A stretch of 64,000 nucleotides of DNA from an uncultured Nitrososphaerota archaeon (GCA_963799845.1 CAWCYI010000006.1:1600001-1664000); one strand, 5' to 3'. Shown: positions 38,444 through 48,901, counted from the stretch's first letter. The notes: generated from the letters alone by a model not told the origin. Numbers and translations are program-made.

Positions 38444-39259
38444 TCAAGAAGTAGTGCCAAAACCATAAGTGGAAAAAATCGAGACGCCTACCTCGACATT
38501 GAAACTGTAATCTTGTCCTCTGATAATCGCTTGGGGTGTGGTGCTTGCAGGGTAGAACACGAAATGCGTTATCCTTCCGGGGAGCAGCTCGTTAGCGCTT
38601 TCGCTCAAATGAGAACTGAAGATAACCTGGTTATCCGCCGAGGTCGGCTGAGCGTTACTGTCCCACCTCGTGATGTTTGACAAGTTACCGCCCGAGAGTA
38701 CGAGGGAGAAAATGAAAAGTGGGGTGGCAGCACACGGATTGTTTATGTCGAAGGAAAGGGCCGCGGTTGCATTGGACGAGTTCGTTGCAGAAACACCGAA
38801 TGTGATATTGCCCGGATATTGGATAATGTATGTGGTGAGAGGATTAATACTGCAAACGACATTGCAGGGGAAATAGTAGCCCATTATTGATTCCTCCACA
38901 GACTTGTCTTCGGGACAGCCCGGGTTCGAGGAAGGGATGAAGGGAATATTCATGATGACAGTAAACATCACCAAAAACGTGATCACGGCGAAAACAGAGA
39001 TCCTGAGATTTCTGTTGGTCTTCTTTCGCCTGATGTAGGCTGCTGTTGGGTCCTCATATTGATTCGGTGACGAAGAAGTGCCACTCTTTATCGTGTAGGA
39101 ATAATACACCAGCCAAGCTCCTAAGGTAAGGGAAAGCAAACCCCAGGGGAAGAAAGAGTAGTCCGTATAACCGGTCCCGAAATTCGCCTCCCAGGAGAAC
39201 GAGAGAATTACGCCTGAAGCGATGAAGAAAAGCGCAAGGCCGAGAAAGGGGCGATTCAA
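38444..39259 (-). CDS. Membrane protein with extracellular Cys-containing domain
   Basis: Three TM segments, then a Ser/Asn-rich beta domain. Confidence 0.75.
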   Translation of the reverse strand: MNRPFLGLALFFIASGVILSFSWEANFGTGYTDYSFFPWGLLSLTLGAWLVYYSYTIKSGTSSSPNQYEDPTAAYIRRKKTNRNLRISVFAVITFLVMFTVIMNIPFIPSSNPGCPEDKSVEESIMGYYFPCNVVCSINPLTTYIIQYPGNITFGVSATNSSNATAALSFDINNPCAATPLFIFSLVLSGGNLSNITRWDSNAQPTSADNQVIFSSHLSESANELLPGRITHFVFYPASTTPQAIIRGQDYSFNVEVGVSIFSTYGFGTTS

Positions 39260-39725
39260 GACACAATTTGAGACGGAGCTCCCCCATTTACAGGTTATTC
39301 AGGCCGAGTCAATAAGCTCCTATTCACGTATCGTCGACATGGATTTTCACTATTGTTCGGGTTCTGCAAGACTTCGATACACTTTTTCAAAAAAGTATTG
39401 AAACCTAAATTCAGGCTCCCTCTTCATACATCTCCGGTAAATGATCGTAGTTATCCGGGATAGATAGTTTGCAGGCTGGGCATAACTCCTTCTTTTCCTA
39501 GAATCATTTAGACGCAACGAATCCGAGCGTCGAACGAGACTTGTCGGAGGCATCCTATAAGGTTCCAGTCTTCAGAAGGCCGATCGTCATTTGTTGTGGG
39601 CTTGTGGGTAAGGCTGCGCTCTAACTTCAGAAGATTCTCTAATTCAAAGACATCTGGCCCGACTTGTCGTCTCTGCATTACAATAATCCCAGGCTCCTCT
39701 GCTATTCGACTGTATCAGTGACACC

Positions 39726-40292
39726 TCAAGTAGAAGAACAGTATCCAAACGTTTGTGAAATTCCAATGATAGTTTTTCCACTGGGAACAAAAAGTGTCAC
39801 GCAAGTGAACCTTTCGGGCTCTATGACCGTCTGGATAAGAAAAGTTTGTCCAGAATAGCTCGCGGTTACATTGTAATCTCCAGTATCGCAGCAAAACATG
39901 ACGGTGCCATTTGCGCCCGTCGTAAATGTCTGGGCGACTAGCCTTAAAGTGCAGGGAGTAGAGAAGCCATTGGACGTCAGTGTCGTTGCCTCAGCCTGAA
40001 CATTCCTGACTGGCCTAAGCGTCGCGCTATTCAGGACTGTAAGCTGGATTGTGCCCTCGGCCATCTCCACGCAAACCGTGGCGTTAGGGGAAACTGTTGA
40101 GGAATTTGCTCCAGTAATCTCAACAAACTTCGAACGTGTATTACTGGCGGTGACAGTGAATTCGGTTGCAAAAGAAGTAAAAGTTTCTGAAGAACTCGAG
40201 GGCGAATAATAAAATTCTGAAAGAATTGCAGTGACACTGATGGCTAGGGCAATGATTGCCATAACCAGTCCGATAAGAGCGGTCTTTTTCAT
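39726..40292 (-). CDS. Secreted protein with carboxypeptidase-regulatory/Ig-like domain
   Basis: Signal/TM, IQLTVLNS...PV...TTGANG...GDYNVTASY. Confidence 0.75.
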   Translation of the reverse strand: MKKTALIGLVMAIIALAISVTAILSEFYYSPSSSSETFTSFATEFTVTASNTRSKFVEITGANSSTVSPNATVCVEMAEGTIQLTVLNSATLRPVRNVQAEATTLTSNGFSTPCTLRLVAQTFTTGANGTVMFCCDTGDYNVTASYSGQTFLIQTVIEPERFTCVTLFVPSGKTIIGISQTFGYCSST

Positions 40293-40711
40293 GAAATCAC
40301 TTCCTCTTGCAAGTTAACCATGCCGAAGGGCAGGGTTGTGTTAGCAAAATTGCCATAGAGGTAAAGACTGAGTTGAGATGATGAATTATCCACTTTCTGT
40401 ACAGTGACGCTGAACATTATCCCTGAGCTTAGATTATCAATCAAGGTGCAGAAAATTTGTTTGTTACCTGTCCCGCTGATTGTACGGTTTTCGATTTGGT
40501 TAACTCCGGACCAGCCGGCAAACGAACCATTCCAGTGTCCGGTATAGTAGATTTGAAACTGAAATCGTATGGGATAGTTCGGATTACCGTAAGGTAGGTA
40601 GCTGCTGATTAGATCGAGGGATACGAGAATCGATCCTACCATCAAAGCCAGCAAGAGTACCAATCGAAGCTTTGTGATCCCTCTCATTTCGTCAAAAGAG
40701 TATACATTCAT
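40289..40711 (-). CDS. Membrane-anchored protein
   Basis: TM then IYYTGHWNGS; 4-bp overlap with the next gene. Confidence 0.7.
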   Translation of the reverse strand: MNVYSFDEMRGITKLRLVLLLALMVGSILVSLDLISSYLPYGNPNYPIRFQFQIYYTGHWNGSFAGWSGVNQIENRTISGTGNKQIFCTLIDNLSSGIMFSVTVQKVDNSSSQLSLYLYGNFANTTLPFGMVNLQEEVIS

Positions 40712-40747
40712 TAGTATCGCTGATTTTTTGATCCCATAGACATTCCC

Positions 40748-41092
40748 TTGGCGAACCGCCCGCTAGCAGACGTGGTTTTCAAATGTCTGTTGAGAGACGC
40801 TGTGATCGTCTTAGCCTTTTCGGCACTTTCCGCTCTCCCGTTCTTCATGCAGGCGGTTACTCCGTTTCCGCCGGGGACTGATTCTACGACCGATCCTTAC
40901 GTTACCGGATTTCCAATAATGTTCTACTGCTACTGTGCTGTTTTCGGGCCGGGGTGGGAGTCAGTAACGTCTTTTTTCTTTCAGGCTTCCTACATTGTTG
41001 ATTTCCTCTTTTGGCTGGCCGTCGTCTTTTTTCTGGATTTCATGTATTCAATTCTACGAAGAGGACATCACAGTCAAAAATTCGATTCGTGA
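40748..41092 (+). CDS. Two-TM membrane protein
   Basis: TM, GFP..Y loop, IVDFLFW. Confidence 0.65.
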   Translation: MANRPLADVVFKCLLRDAVIVLAFSALSALPFFMQAVTPFPPGTDSTTDPYVTGFPIMFYCYCAVFGPGWESVTSFFFQASYIVDFLFWLAVVFFLDFMYSILRRGHHSQKFDS

Positions 41093-41157
41093 GCAGAGCT
41101 CCCCCGGAAAAGCGGGATATGAAAAAGCGTTAGAATGGAAGGTGCTTTGTATCGTGC

Positions 41158-41267
41158 CGAATTGATTACGGAATAACCAGAGAGTAGCTTGGCAATAATA
41201 CGGCGCGAGTCAATGCCAGCTCGCCAAAAGCTGATAATCCGACCTCAAATTAGTTTTGAGTCGGCGG
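41158..41267. repeat. Degenerate direct duplication, copy 2 (contains a pseudogene remnant of the 31128-31868 paralog)
   Basis: Minus strand encodes MTRAVL then AKLLSGYSVINS versus MTRAVL...ATLLSSYSMINS. Confidence 0.85.
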
Positions 41268-41621
41268 GAGCTGCTCGCCGAGGATTTTTTGAATCTTCGG
41301 CACCAAGATAGATTTGCGGATTGAGGCGTCGTCGTCATACTCATCAAGAATTTTCATCAGCCCTGTTCTCAGCTGGTCCAACTCGGCCTGGATTTCAAAA
41401 GCAGGCCGCTTTACAGAATCATTCTTCTCAACTCTTGACAACTCAGCTCGAATCAAAGAATTTTCAGTTAGCCCAAGAAACTCTATTTCGTTCTTGTAGA
41501 GAGGAAGGTAGTACGATACGCTCGCTTTAGAGGGGTCATTTTTTGAAGCCCTCTTTGACTGGTAAATTTTGCGACCATCCACGTTCAATTTCACGGTGTC
41601 ATCTGTGAAAATGCATGGCAT
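41250..41621 (-). CDS. AbrB-like DNA-binding protein
   Basis: SYYLPLYKNEIEFLGLTENSLIRAEL. Confidence 0.55.
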   Translation of the reverse strand: MPCIFTDDTVKLNVDGRKIYQSKRASKNDPSKASVSYYLPLYKNEIEFLGLTENSLIRAELSRVEKNDSVKRPAFEIQAELDQLRTGLMKILDEYDDDASIRKSILVPKIQKILGEQLPPTQN

Positions 41622-41748
41622 ATCCAGTGGAAAAGTTGTTGGGAGCTAAAGTACTTTAAGGTCGTGAAAGCTAGGGGAATCGAAGCCCTAAATCTATCAG
41701 CTTTTTGATGATTTTCCCCAGTTTTCTCGACCCTTCAGAACCCTAGGG

Positions 41749-41775
41749 CGGTGCGAATCCCATCCCCTTCGCACC
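41749..41775 (+). other. Degenerate tRNA 3' fragment (Leu-like), candidate att site
   Basis: GGTGCGAATCCCATCCCCTTCGCACC versus recalled archaeal tRNA-Leu 3' end GGTTCRAATCCCACCCCTCGCACC; lies at the island boundary. Confidence 0.5.
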
Positions 41776-42746
41776 CACACGACAAATCCAAAGAATCCGA
41801 TTCCCTTGAGCTGCGTCTTTTGATTAGTGGCGATTCTCAAAGGCCTGTCTTTTTCAGACAATCAAACTGGACTCAATTTGGAGATCGCGCCTGCTTCGAG
41901 AGAAATAGGCGATTCATACTAACTGGTGACTACTCCGCCGGAGAATTTTTTATCAAGATACTTCGGATGAAATACATTTTGCTTGTCGATTTCTGTTGAA
42001 AATCCTACTCTAGAACCGGTAGGAATGCCCCATCCCGGCGACCGCACTGTGCCAATTTGAATCCCTGATTGAATCGATTTGCTAAGCTTCGGACAAAAAA
42101 GGGGATTTATACCATTTGGTGCAATGCTCGGCCGGGGATTTTGCATAGAAGGTATCTACGCAACCGCCATTTTTCGTAGGAATCCTATTTTAGAACCCGC
42201 AGCAATGGTTAATCCCCAGAGGCCCGCATCAAAAATTCGGTCCAAAGGTACTACCAAACGGTCGAAAAAAGTAAACAACTTCACTCCCACCCATTCGTCT
42301 CGCCAAGAGTCAAAAAGTGAACAGGCTCACCCAGACCGCCATTAGCCATCTTGTTCCTTCCGCAAGATCCGTCGGTTTCACCGGTATCGTATCTGAGGAT
42401 TGAGGAGTCTGTAGAATCTTCCTGGAACGCGCGCCGACCCGCGCGTCTGACTGGTTCTGATGGGGATTAATTCCTGTCAAAGTCCGCACTTTTAGCGGGG
42501 GACTTTCGGCGAAAGCGTATCATCAGCTCGTTTCGAGCTCTGTTGGCAATTTCTAATGCATAGCAAAGTGACGGAGCCGCTTTTCGCATTCAGGGCTAAA
42601 GCTTCGGTATCTTCGCTTAATTCAGGTATTTTTGCACCCACAGACCTGAAGCCTCGCGAATCTGGTACGTCTTGATCAGCGCGAGACTCAACTTTCTCCT
42701 GGAGACGTTTAGCTTATCAAGAATTACGACCTCGGTTTGATTCGCA

Positions 42747-43541
42747 TTGAATCCAGATCAGCGGGCCGGCGAGATGCTAGGTCTCAAGGGAAAGAATGCG
42801 ATAGTCACCGGCGCGTCCAGAGGAATAGGAGAAGCAGTTGCAAGGTCGCTCGTTGACCTCGGAGTCAGCGTCGTCGGCGTGGGCAGGAGTTTTCCAGCCG
42901 GGTGGGACGGGCAGTTCTCGCAACCGGAAAAAGCCGTGAAGCTCGTCGGAGACGTGTCAGATCCCAGGACCGCGGAAAGCGCTCTAAAAATTTGTCTCGA
43001 TAAATTCGGGAGCATCGAAATCCTGGTCAACAACGCAGGGATTGTGATCAACACTGGCATCCTCGACCTGAACATGGAAGACTGGGACAAGCAGATGGAC
43101 ACGAACCTGAAGAGCTTCGTCTACTTTTGCAGGGCTGTTGCGCCGGAGATGGTGAAGCAGAAAAGGGGCGGCAGAATAGTCAACATCTCCTCGGTTGCCG
43201 CGAGCTTCTTCGAATCCGGGCTGCTCGCGTATTCGACGACAAAGGGCGCGATAATCAGCCTGACCAGAGGGCTTTCAATCGATCTCGCGCCGCACAACAT
43301 CACCGTGAACGCGGTCGCTCCCGGCTGGGTCGACACGCAGATGGGTTTCGGCTCGCTGCCAAAAGACAAGCACGGCGCCGTTTTGGAACGCATCCCGCTG
43401 AGGCACGCAGCTTCAACAGACGAGATCGCGGGATCGGTCGTGTTCCTCTGCTCGGATCTTTCCCGATACATGACGGGTCAGACCATAACGGTTGACGGCG
43501 GGGAGACGACGGACGGAACGATTAAGGGAATCCAGTACTGA
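42747..43541 (+). CDS. SDR oxidoreductase (FabG-like)
   Basis: TGASRGIG, NNAG, YSTTK. Confidence 0.93.
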   Translation: MNPDQRAGEMLGLKGKNAIVTGASRGIGEAVARSLVDLGVSVVGVGRSFPAGWDGQFSQPEKAVKLVGDVSDPRTAESALKICLDKFGSIEILVNNAGIVINTGILDLNMEDWDKQMDTNLKSFVYFCRAVAPEMVKQKRGGRIVNISSVAASFFESGLLAYSTTKGAIISLTRGLSIDLAPHNITVNAVAPGWVDTQMGFGSLPKDKHGAVLERIPLRHAASTDEIAGSVVFLCSDLSRYMTGQTITVDGGETTDGTIKGIQY

Positions 43542-44588
43542 TCAGGGAAGAGCCCTTCGCAGCAGGTTGATCCAATTTTCTCCCAGCACGCCGAGCGATT
43601 CGCTCTCGGAAAAACCGTTAGCCTGAAGCGCGGGCCCGAGCTTCTGGAGGTCTGCGACTGTATCGAGCTCCGCTGGTATTGATTCCAGCCCGAAACCGCC
43701 GTCAAAGTCCGAGCCGATCGCGATGTGCCGCCTGTCTCCCGCGATTTCGCAGATGTGGTTCATGTGCTTGAACACCGTCGCAAGCGTAACTTCGGACTTT
43801 ACCTTTCCGCGATCAGCCCAGCCGGGATCGAGGAATTTGTTGTATAGCACTGTCCCGATCACCGCGTTTCGAGAAACGATCGCCCTGATCATTTCATCGC
43901 TGAGCTGACGATCCGTCGGAGTAAAAGTCCGGCAGTTCGAGTGGCTCGCGATGACGTGCCCATGGAAGAGATCGAGGGCGTCAAAGAAACTCTGCTCCGC
44001 CATATGCGAAGTATCCAGGATGAACCCCAGGGATTCCATCTCCCCCATGAGTTCCCGTCCTTCAGGTGAAAGCGGGCCCGGCTCGCCGGTTCCTCCCGAG
44101 TACCTCGTTCTCCTCCAGGCAGGGCCGATGATCCTCACTCCTGACCGGAACCATTCGAGCGATTCCTTAGGAGCCCGGATGGGGTCTGCTCCTTCCATCA
44201 GGAGAACGAAACCAACTCTCGGCGAGTCAGAACCAAGGTGTTCTTCGAGCTGCGCCTTACTCTCAATTATTCTGATGTGCCCGTCATGCTCTAATTTTCT
44301 GTAGAAACTGAGCTGGTCAAGGGCCTGGGCGTGAGCTTCCTCCGCTGTCCTGTAGCAGTGCGAGGAATCAATTACTCCGTTTCCGCACGGCGCGACCCAG
44401 ATCGTCGCGAACACGATACGAACATTACCCCTGATCAATTCGGGCTGACAAACAGTGGGAGTTCCCTCGCTGGATTTGTCAACCGATCTAAGTTTCGAAA
44501 TATCCTGGAGAAAGTCCCGATGGAGCATCAACGAATTGGTGGCGATATCTTCGTGCGCATCAACAATTACTGGAGGCAAGCAGTCCAA
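43542..44588 (-). CDS. Membrane dipeptidase (M19)
   Basis: DAHED, MEGAD, DTSHM, ASHSN, GSDFDGG. Confidence 0.93.
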   Translation of the reverse strand: MDCLPPVIVDAHEDIATNSLMLHRDFLQDISKLRSVDKSSEGTPTVCQPELIRGNVRIVFATIWVAPCGNGVIDSSHCYRTAEEAHAQALDQLSFYRKLEHDGHIRIIESKAQLEEHLGSDSPRVGFVLLMEGADPIRAPKESLEWFRSGVRIIGPAWRRTRYSGGTGEPGPLSPEGRELMGEMESLGFILDTSHMAEQSFFDALDLFHGHVIASHSNCRTFTPTDRQLSDEMIRAIVSRNAVIGTVLYNKFLDPGWADRGKVKSEVTLATVFKHMNHICEIAGDRRHIAIGSDFDGGFGLESIPAELDTVADLQKLGPALQANGFSESESLGVLGENWINLLRRALP

Positions 44589-44708
44589 CGTCCAGAATGC
44601 CTGCGATTAAAGTCTGTTTCAGGATCTCCAGAGCACCTTCGTGAACCCAGATATGCGTATATGCATATGATGACCAATATTACAGTTACTAGAGAAGTGA
44701 AAGTGATT

Positions 44709-45428
44709 ATGCGCACAATCAGGTTATTTGCATTTGCATCTGTATTAGTTTCCTTTTTGTCGCTTGCAATGTTGGCGCCGGCGGTAGGGGCAACGACCAC
44801 TTCCTCGCAATACGCCGCTTACAGTATTAGCGGAACCTTTGGGAATCACTCGATCTCCGCGTTAGTGAATGAAACCGTCGCTCCCTCCAGTTCGAGCGGG
44901 ATGTCTGATCTTACCTTGAAGATAGCGTCTACCATGTCGAATTTCAGTTACTCCAAAATCGTAAATTCATCCCATGTGATATTTCCGTACTTCCCCACGA
45001 TTGCTAACCAGTCTTTTAGTTATCAAGTACACAATTATTCGATCTCTGCCTCTATCGCGCAAACTGGAACTGCTAGCGCGAATTTTGGTGGAAAAACCTA
45101 CTCCCTCACCAATTACACGTTCAGCGTGTCGGGAGCGAAGATGGGAGGATCTCCAATGAACGCGACCGGCGGGGCATCAGTCTTCCCGTCAGGCCTCGTT
45201 TATTCAGCCTGGGTTGCGGCAAACGCATCAGAAACGATCCATGTCCAGCTCGTCGGAACCAACCTGCCGCTTGACGCCACATCTGGCTCTCAGACTACCA
45301 CAGTAGCTGTAGCAACCGGCGCAGTCTCAATTGTTGCAGGAGTTGGAGCGTTCGTGTTCTACAAGCGGAAAAATAATCCCCAGAAAGCAAGTGAAAATGG
45401 GGATAAACCGCTTTATCAGGTTGACTAG
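44709..45428 (+). CDS. Secreted, C-terminally anchored protein in an ABC operon
   Basis: Signal peptide from ATG 44709, C-terminal TM plus KRK. Confidence 0.8.
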   Translation: MRTIRLFAFASVLVSFLSLAMLAPAVGATTTSSQYAAYSISGTFGNHSISALVNETVAPSSSSGMSDLTLKIASTMSNFSYSKIVNSSHVIFPYFPTIANQSFSYQVHNYSISASIAQTGTASANFGGKTYSLTNYTFSVSGAKMGGSPMNATGGASVFPSGLVYSAWVAANASETIHVQLVGTNLPLDATSGSQTTTVAVATGAVSIVAGVGAFVFYKRKNNPQKASENGDKPLYQVD

Positions 45429-45453
45429 AAACCCAAAGTAGTCGTCCCCCCAT

Positions 45454-46410
45454 TTGTGCGCGGCGGTAATAGATTTCTCCAACGCCACGAAAGATTATGG
45501 ATCGACAAAACGCATCGGGCCCGTTTCATTCACCATTGATCAAGGCGAAGTAGTAGGTTTCCTGGGCCCCAATGGGTCAGGAAAGACAACATGCATCAGA
45601 CTGCTGCTCGGCCTCATGAAGCCCACTTCGGGAACTGTCAGGATTAGAGGGCTGGATCCGATTTCGCAACACGCCAGCGCACTGAAGAAGGTCGGTTACT
45701 CCCCGGAACTTCCAAACATCCAGACATTTCTCACTCCGCGCGAACTCCTGACACTTGTAGCTGACGAGCTGAGCATTCCCGCGTCGGAGACGAAGAAAGA
45801 AATCGAAGAGCTCATGGATCTCGTCGGCCTCACGGAATACGTCGATATCAAAGTGTCCAAATTCAGCAAGGGCATGGTGCAGCGGCTTAGCATCGCCCAG
45901 GGAATGGTGGGATCGCCTGATGTCCTTGTTATGGATGAACCGATGATCGGACTCGATCCGGCCGGCTCGGCCCACTTTCGAGAAGTGTTCAGAGACTTTG
46001 CAAAGCAGAGGGGTGGGACGATTTTTCTCTCCTCGCACATCATGCAGGAGGTGGAGTCACTCTGCACCTCGGCGATAATGATCCACAATGGGAAACTGCT
46101 TTTCAGCGGGGCGACAGACGATATCATTGGAAGAGTCCTGGGATCAAACTACCTCGTCTTGGAGGCAGAACCGCTGGATGATAATCTGATCAGCCAGATC
46201 TCCAAGATAGATGGGGTCGAGGGAGTGTCACGGAAGAGTCTCAGCGAAAGGACGGTCGAGCTGAAGATCGAACGAGGGAAAGAAGTGAGGCCCGTCGTTG
46301 CCGAGACTGTAATGAAAGCTGGGGCAAGACTTTACTCCATGAGCTATTCGGAAAATCTTCTCGAAAGAACTTACATCGAAGCTCTGAGGCAGGGGACGGC
46401 GGTGGATTAG
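45454..46410 (+). CDS. ABC-2 type ATP-binding protein
   Basis: GPNGSGKT, FSKGM, VMDEP. Confidence 0.95.
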   Translation: MCAAVIDFSNATKDYGSTKRIGPVSFTIDQGEVVGFLGPNGSGKTTCIRLLLGLMKPTSGTVRIRGLDPISQHASALKKVGYSPELPNIQTFLTPRELLTLVADELSIPASETKKEIEELMDLVGLTEYVDIKVSKFSKGMVQRLSIAQGMVGSPDVLVMDEPMIGLDPAGSAHFREVFRDFAKQRGGTIFLSSHIMQEVESLCTSAIMIHNGKLLFSGATDDIIGRVLGSNYLVLEAEPLDDNLISQISKIDGVEGVSRKSLSERTVELKIERGKEVRPVVAETVMKAGARLYSMSYSENLLERTYIEALRQGTAVD

Positions 46411-47273
46411 TGAAGCTCAGCGTTACGTACACTTTCCTTCGCTACGAGATCAAGAGATCGATAGCGAGGAGAAAGGTTCTGGTCCTCGGTTTCTTCACTC
46501 TGCTCATTGGAACTGCGCCGTATTTCCTTCTGTCCTATCTCGGGGGAGGTCACAGCGCAATCATAACCATACTGGGGCCGTACTTTGGATATCTCTGGGT
46601 CGTTGGTGTCTTTCTTCCGCAGTCGTTCTTCGTGCCTTTCACGGCGATCCTCATTTCTGGAGGAGCGATGTCGGAAGAGTACGAGCAAGGAACCGCCGAG
46701 CTGCTCTTATCAAAACCGGTCACGAAAGCCGATTACTTTGCGGGAAAATTTCTCGGCGGCTATTTGCTGATAATCTTCATAATAGCTCTCAACATGATCT
46801 TGTCTGTAATCTCAGCGACTATAACCTTCGGGCCGCAGTTGGAGCTGAACACTCTGCTGCTCGTCTTCGCGGCTCAGATCTTCGGCGCGGCGCTCTTCTT
46901 CGCCATAGGATTCATGTTCGGCGAGCTGGTGAGAAGGTCGTCGCTATCTTACATCATATCTTCCGCTCTCTTTTTCACGAGCGAGATCTTCGGGCTGGCG
47001 CTCACCCTGATCTACACGCTGACAGGATCAGATTTTTACAGACAGGTGCAGCTCTATCTTCCGACTTCGCCAATGGCATCTCTCGGGCTTCTCGTCGAAA
47101 AATCGTACCTTCCCGCAAGGGTCATAGAATTGCTCTCCTTCGCTTCTTTCGGGGGAGCGGTCGAAACATCGCTTTCTTTTTCAGTTGCCCTGATCCTGTT
47201 GTATTTTTCTTCAGCGTTCGTAGTTTCCTTTGTCTTCTTTGAGCGCGCCGACATTTCGCGAAAAGTAAGTTGA
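46410..47273 (+). CDS. ABC-2 type permease
   Basis: SEEYEQGTAELLLSKPV; about 6 TM. Confidence 0.92.
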   Translation: MKLSVTYTFLRYEIKRSIARRKVLVLGFFTLLIGTAPYFLLSYLGGGHSAIITILGPYFGYLWVVGVFLPQSFFVPFTAILISGGAMSEEYEQGTAELLLSKPVTKADYFAGKFLGGYLLIIFIIALNMILSVISATITFGPQLELNTLLLVFAAQIFGAALFFAIGFMFGELVRRSSLSYIISSALFFTSEIFGLALTLIYTLTGSDFYRQVQLYLPTSPMASLGLLVEKSYLPARVIELLSFASFGGAVETSLSFSVALILLYFSSAFVVSFVFFERADISRKVS

Positions 47274-47319
47274 AAATCGGCAGAAATGTTATAGCCACTC
47301 GATAGTCCAAAGACGCCCC

Positions 47320-48816
47320 TTGAACACAGAAACGTTCTCCAGTCCGGTGATTAGAGAACTCAACGACAAGTACAGAACTCTGTGGGCCCTGAATTCCGCA
47401 GAATCTCTGCTGGGCTGGGATCTCGAAGTCAACATGCCGGACAAAGGCTCGGCCGAAAGGGGTACGGTTCTCGCCGAGGTCTCGCTGCTAACTCAAAAGA
47501 AAATGGCAGAACTCTATCCGCTCCTGGAGAAGGCTGACGCACTACAGGGTGATTTCAATGATTATGAAAAGGGGGTCGTGAGGATCCTCCGCCGCAGGCA
47601 GAAGTTCTTTACGAGGATTCCGCCGTCGCTTCTGGAAGCGGAGCAGAAAATTGCGGCAGAAGCTGCAATAGTCTGGAGAGACGCGAGGAAAAAATCCGAC
47701 TTTCGAGCTTTCAAGCCGTATCTTGAAAAGAGCATCGAGCTGAAGCGAGAGGAAGCGGATAAACTCGGGTACGAAAAGCACCCGTACAACGCTCTCCTAG
47801 ACCAGTACGAAGAAGGGCTGACCGTTGATGACGTGGATGAGATGTTTTCGAGACTGATTCCTGCTCTAAAGAAAATTCTTGAAAAAGTGAAATCAGAATC
47901 GAGGTTCACTTCCGGGAGTCCGCTTGTTGAAAAAAGTTACGATGCAGAATCGATGGCGAGGGTCAACCGTAAGGTGACGGAGATCCTCGGAATGCCAAGA
48001 GACAGGTTCCGGATGGATCTCTCGACGCATCCCTTCGAGGCAAGCATATCGAGGAACGACGTTCGCATCACGACGAGGTACGAGGGGAAGGATTTCAGGA
48101 GCGCAATGTTTTCTACGATACATGAATCTGGTCATGCAATTTACGAGCTTCAGATCGACGAAAAGCTCGAGTTCTCCCCGATCGGAATCGCCGTATCAAA
48201 CGGCTTCCACGAGTCGCAGTCGAGGTTCTGGGAAAACATGATCGGCCGAAGCAAGAGCTTCGTCAGCCTGATCAAACCAACGCTGCAGGAGAATCTGGAT
48301 TTTGTCGTTCCGTACAGCGAGGAGCAGCTCTACCATTACTTCAACCTGGTTCGGCCCGGAATGATCAGAGTCGACGCAGACGAGCTCACTTACAACTTCC
48401 ACACGGCTTTGCGCTACGAGCTCGAGAAGAAAATGATCGCCGGGCAGGTGTTAGTTTCCGAACTCCCGCAGCTCTGGAACGAAATGATGGGCGATTATCT
48501 TGGTATCACTCCGAAGAACGATTCCGAAGGAATCCTCCAGGACATACACTGGAGCCAGGGCAGTTTCGGCTATTTTCCAACATACTCCCTCGGGAACGTG
48601 ATAGCTGGAATGATCTGGTACGACATCGGGAAAGAAATTTCGCTGGACGAAAAAACTCGCGTCGGAGAGTTCGAGCCGATAAAGAATTGGCTCTATCAAA
48701 AGATACACAGATGGGGATCTACTTTTGCTCCCAAAGACCTCGCCATAAGATCTCTCGGAGAGCCTTTCAATCCGGAGAGGTTGGTGCACTACCTCGAGCA
48801 AAAATTCCTAACGTAG
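47320..48816 (+). CDS. Carboxypeptidase M32 (Taq-like)
   Basis: HPF, DVRITT, HESGH, HESQSR, IRVDAD, QDIHW. Confidence 0.96.
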   Translation: MNTETFSSPVIRELNDKYRTLWALNSAESLLGWDLEVNMPDKGSAERGTVLAEVSLLTQKKMAELYPLLEKADALQGDFNDYEKGVVRILRRRQKFFTRIPPSLLEAEQKIAAEAAIVWRDARKKSDFRAFKPYLEKSIELKREEADKLGYEKHPYNALLDQYEEGLTVDDVDEMFSRLIPALKKILEKVKSESRFTSGSPLVEKSYDAESMARVNRKVTEILGMPRDRFRMDLSTHPFEASISRNDVRITTRYEGKDFRSAMFSTIHESGHAIYELQIDEKLEFSPIGIAVSNGFHESQSRFWENMIGRSKSFVSLIKPTLQENLDFVVPYSEEQLYHYFNLVRPGMIRVDADELTYNFHTALRYELEKKMIAGQVLVSELPQLWNEMMGDYLGITPKNDSEGILQDIHWSQGSFGYFPTYSLGNVIAGMIWYDIGKEISLDEKTRVGEFEPIKNWLYQKIHRWGSTFAPKDLAIRSLGEPFNPERLVHYLEQKFLT

Positions 48817-48901
48817 GATTATTGATCAAAACGCACCGCGGATGAAGTTTGACGTGGTAGTTAAGATCATTCTGTGGATACAGGTAAATTCGAGTGTTGA
48901 G

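Larger units (their letters stand above)
1..41775. mobile_element. Composite genomic island / decayed integrated element(s); left end outside window
   Basis: Plasmid-like replication genes, two IS, defence remnants, many truncated genes, no housekeeping genes; tRNA-like 3' fragment at right edge, then an abrupt switch to intact metabolic genes at 42.7 kb. Confidence 0.7.

Noticed and set aside
41668-41695. Minus-strand TAGGGCTTCGATTCCCCTA T-arm-like hairpin
   Set aside because: The conserved G before TTC is missing and the rest of a tRNA is absent
42340-42560. GC-rich hairpins suggesting an ncRNA
   Set aside because: No recognisable SRP, RNase P or sRNA box motifs
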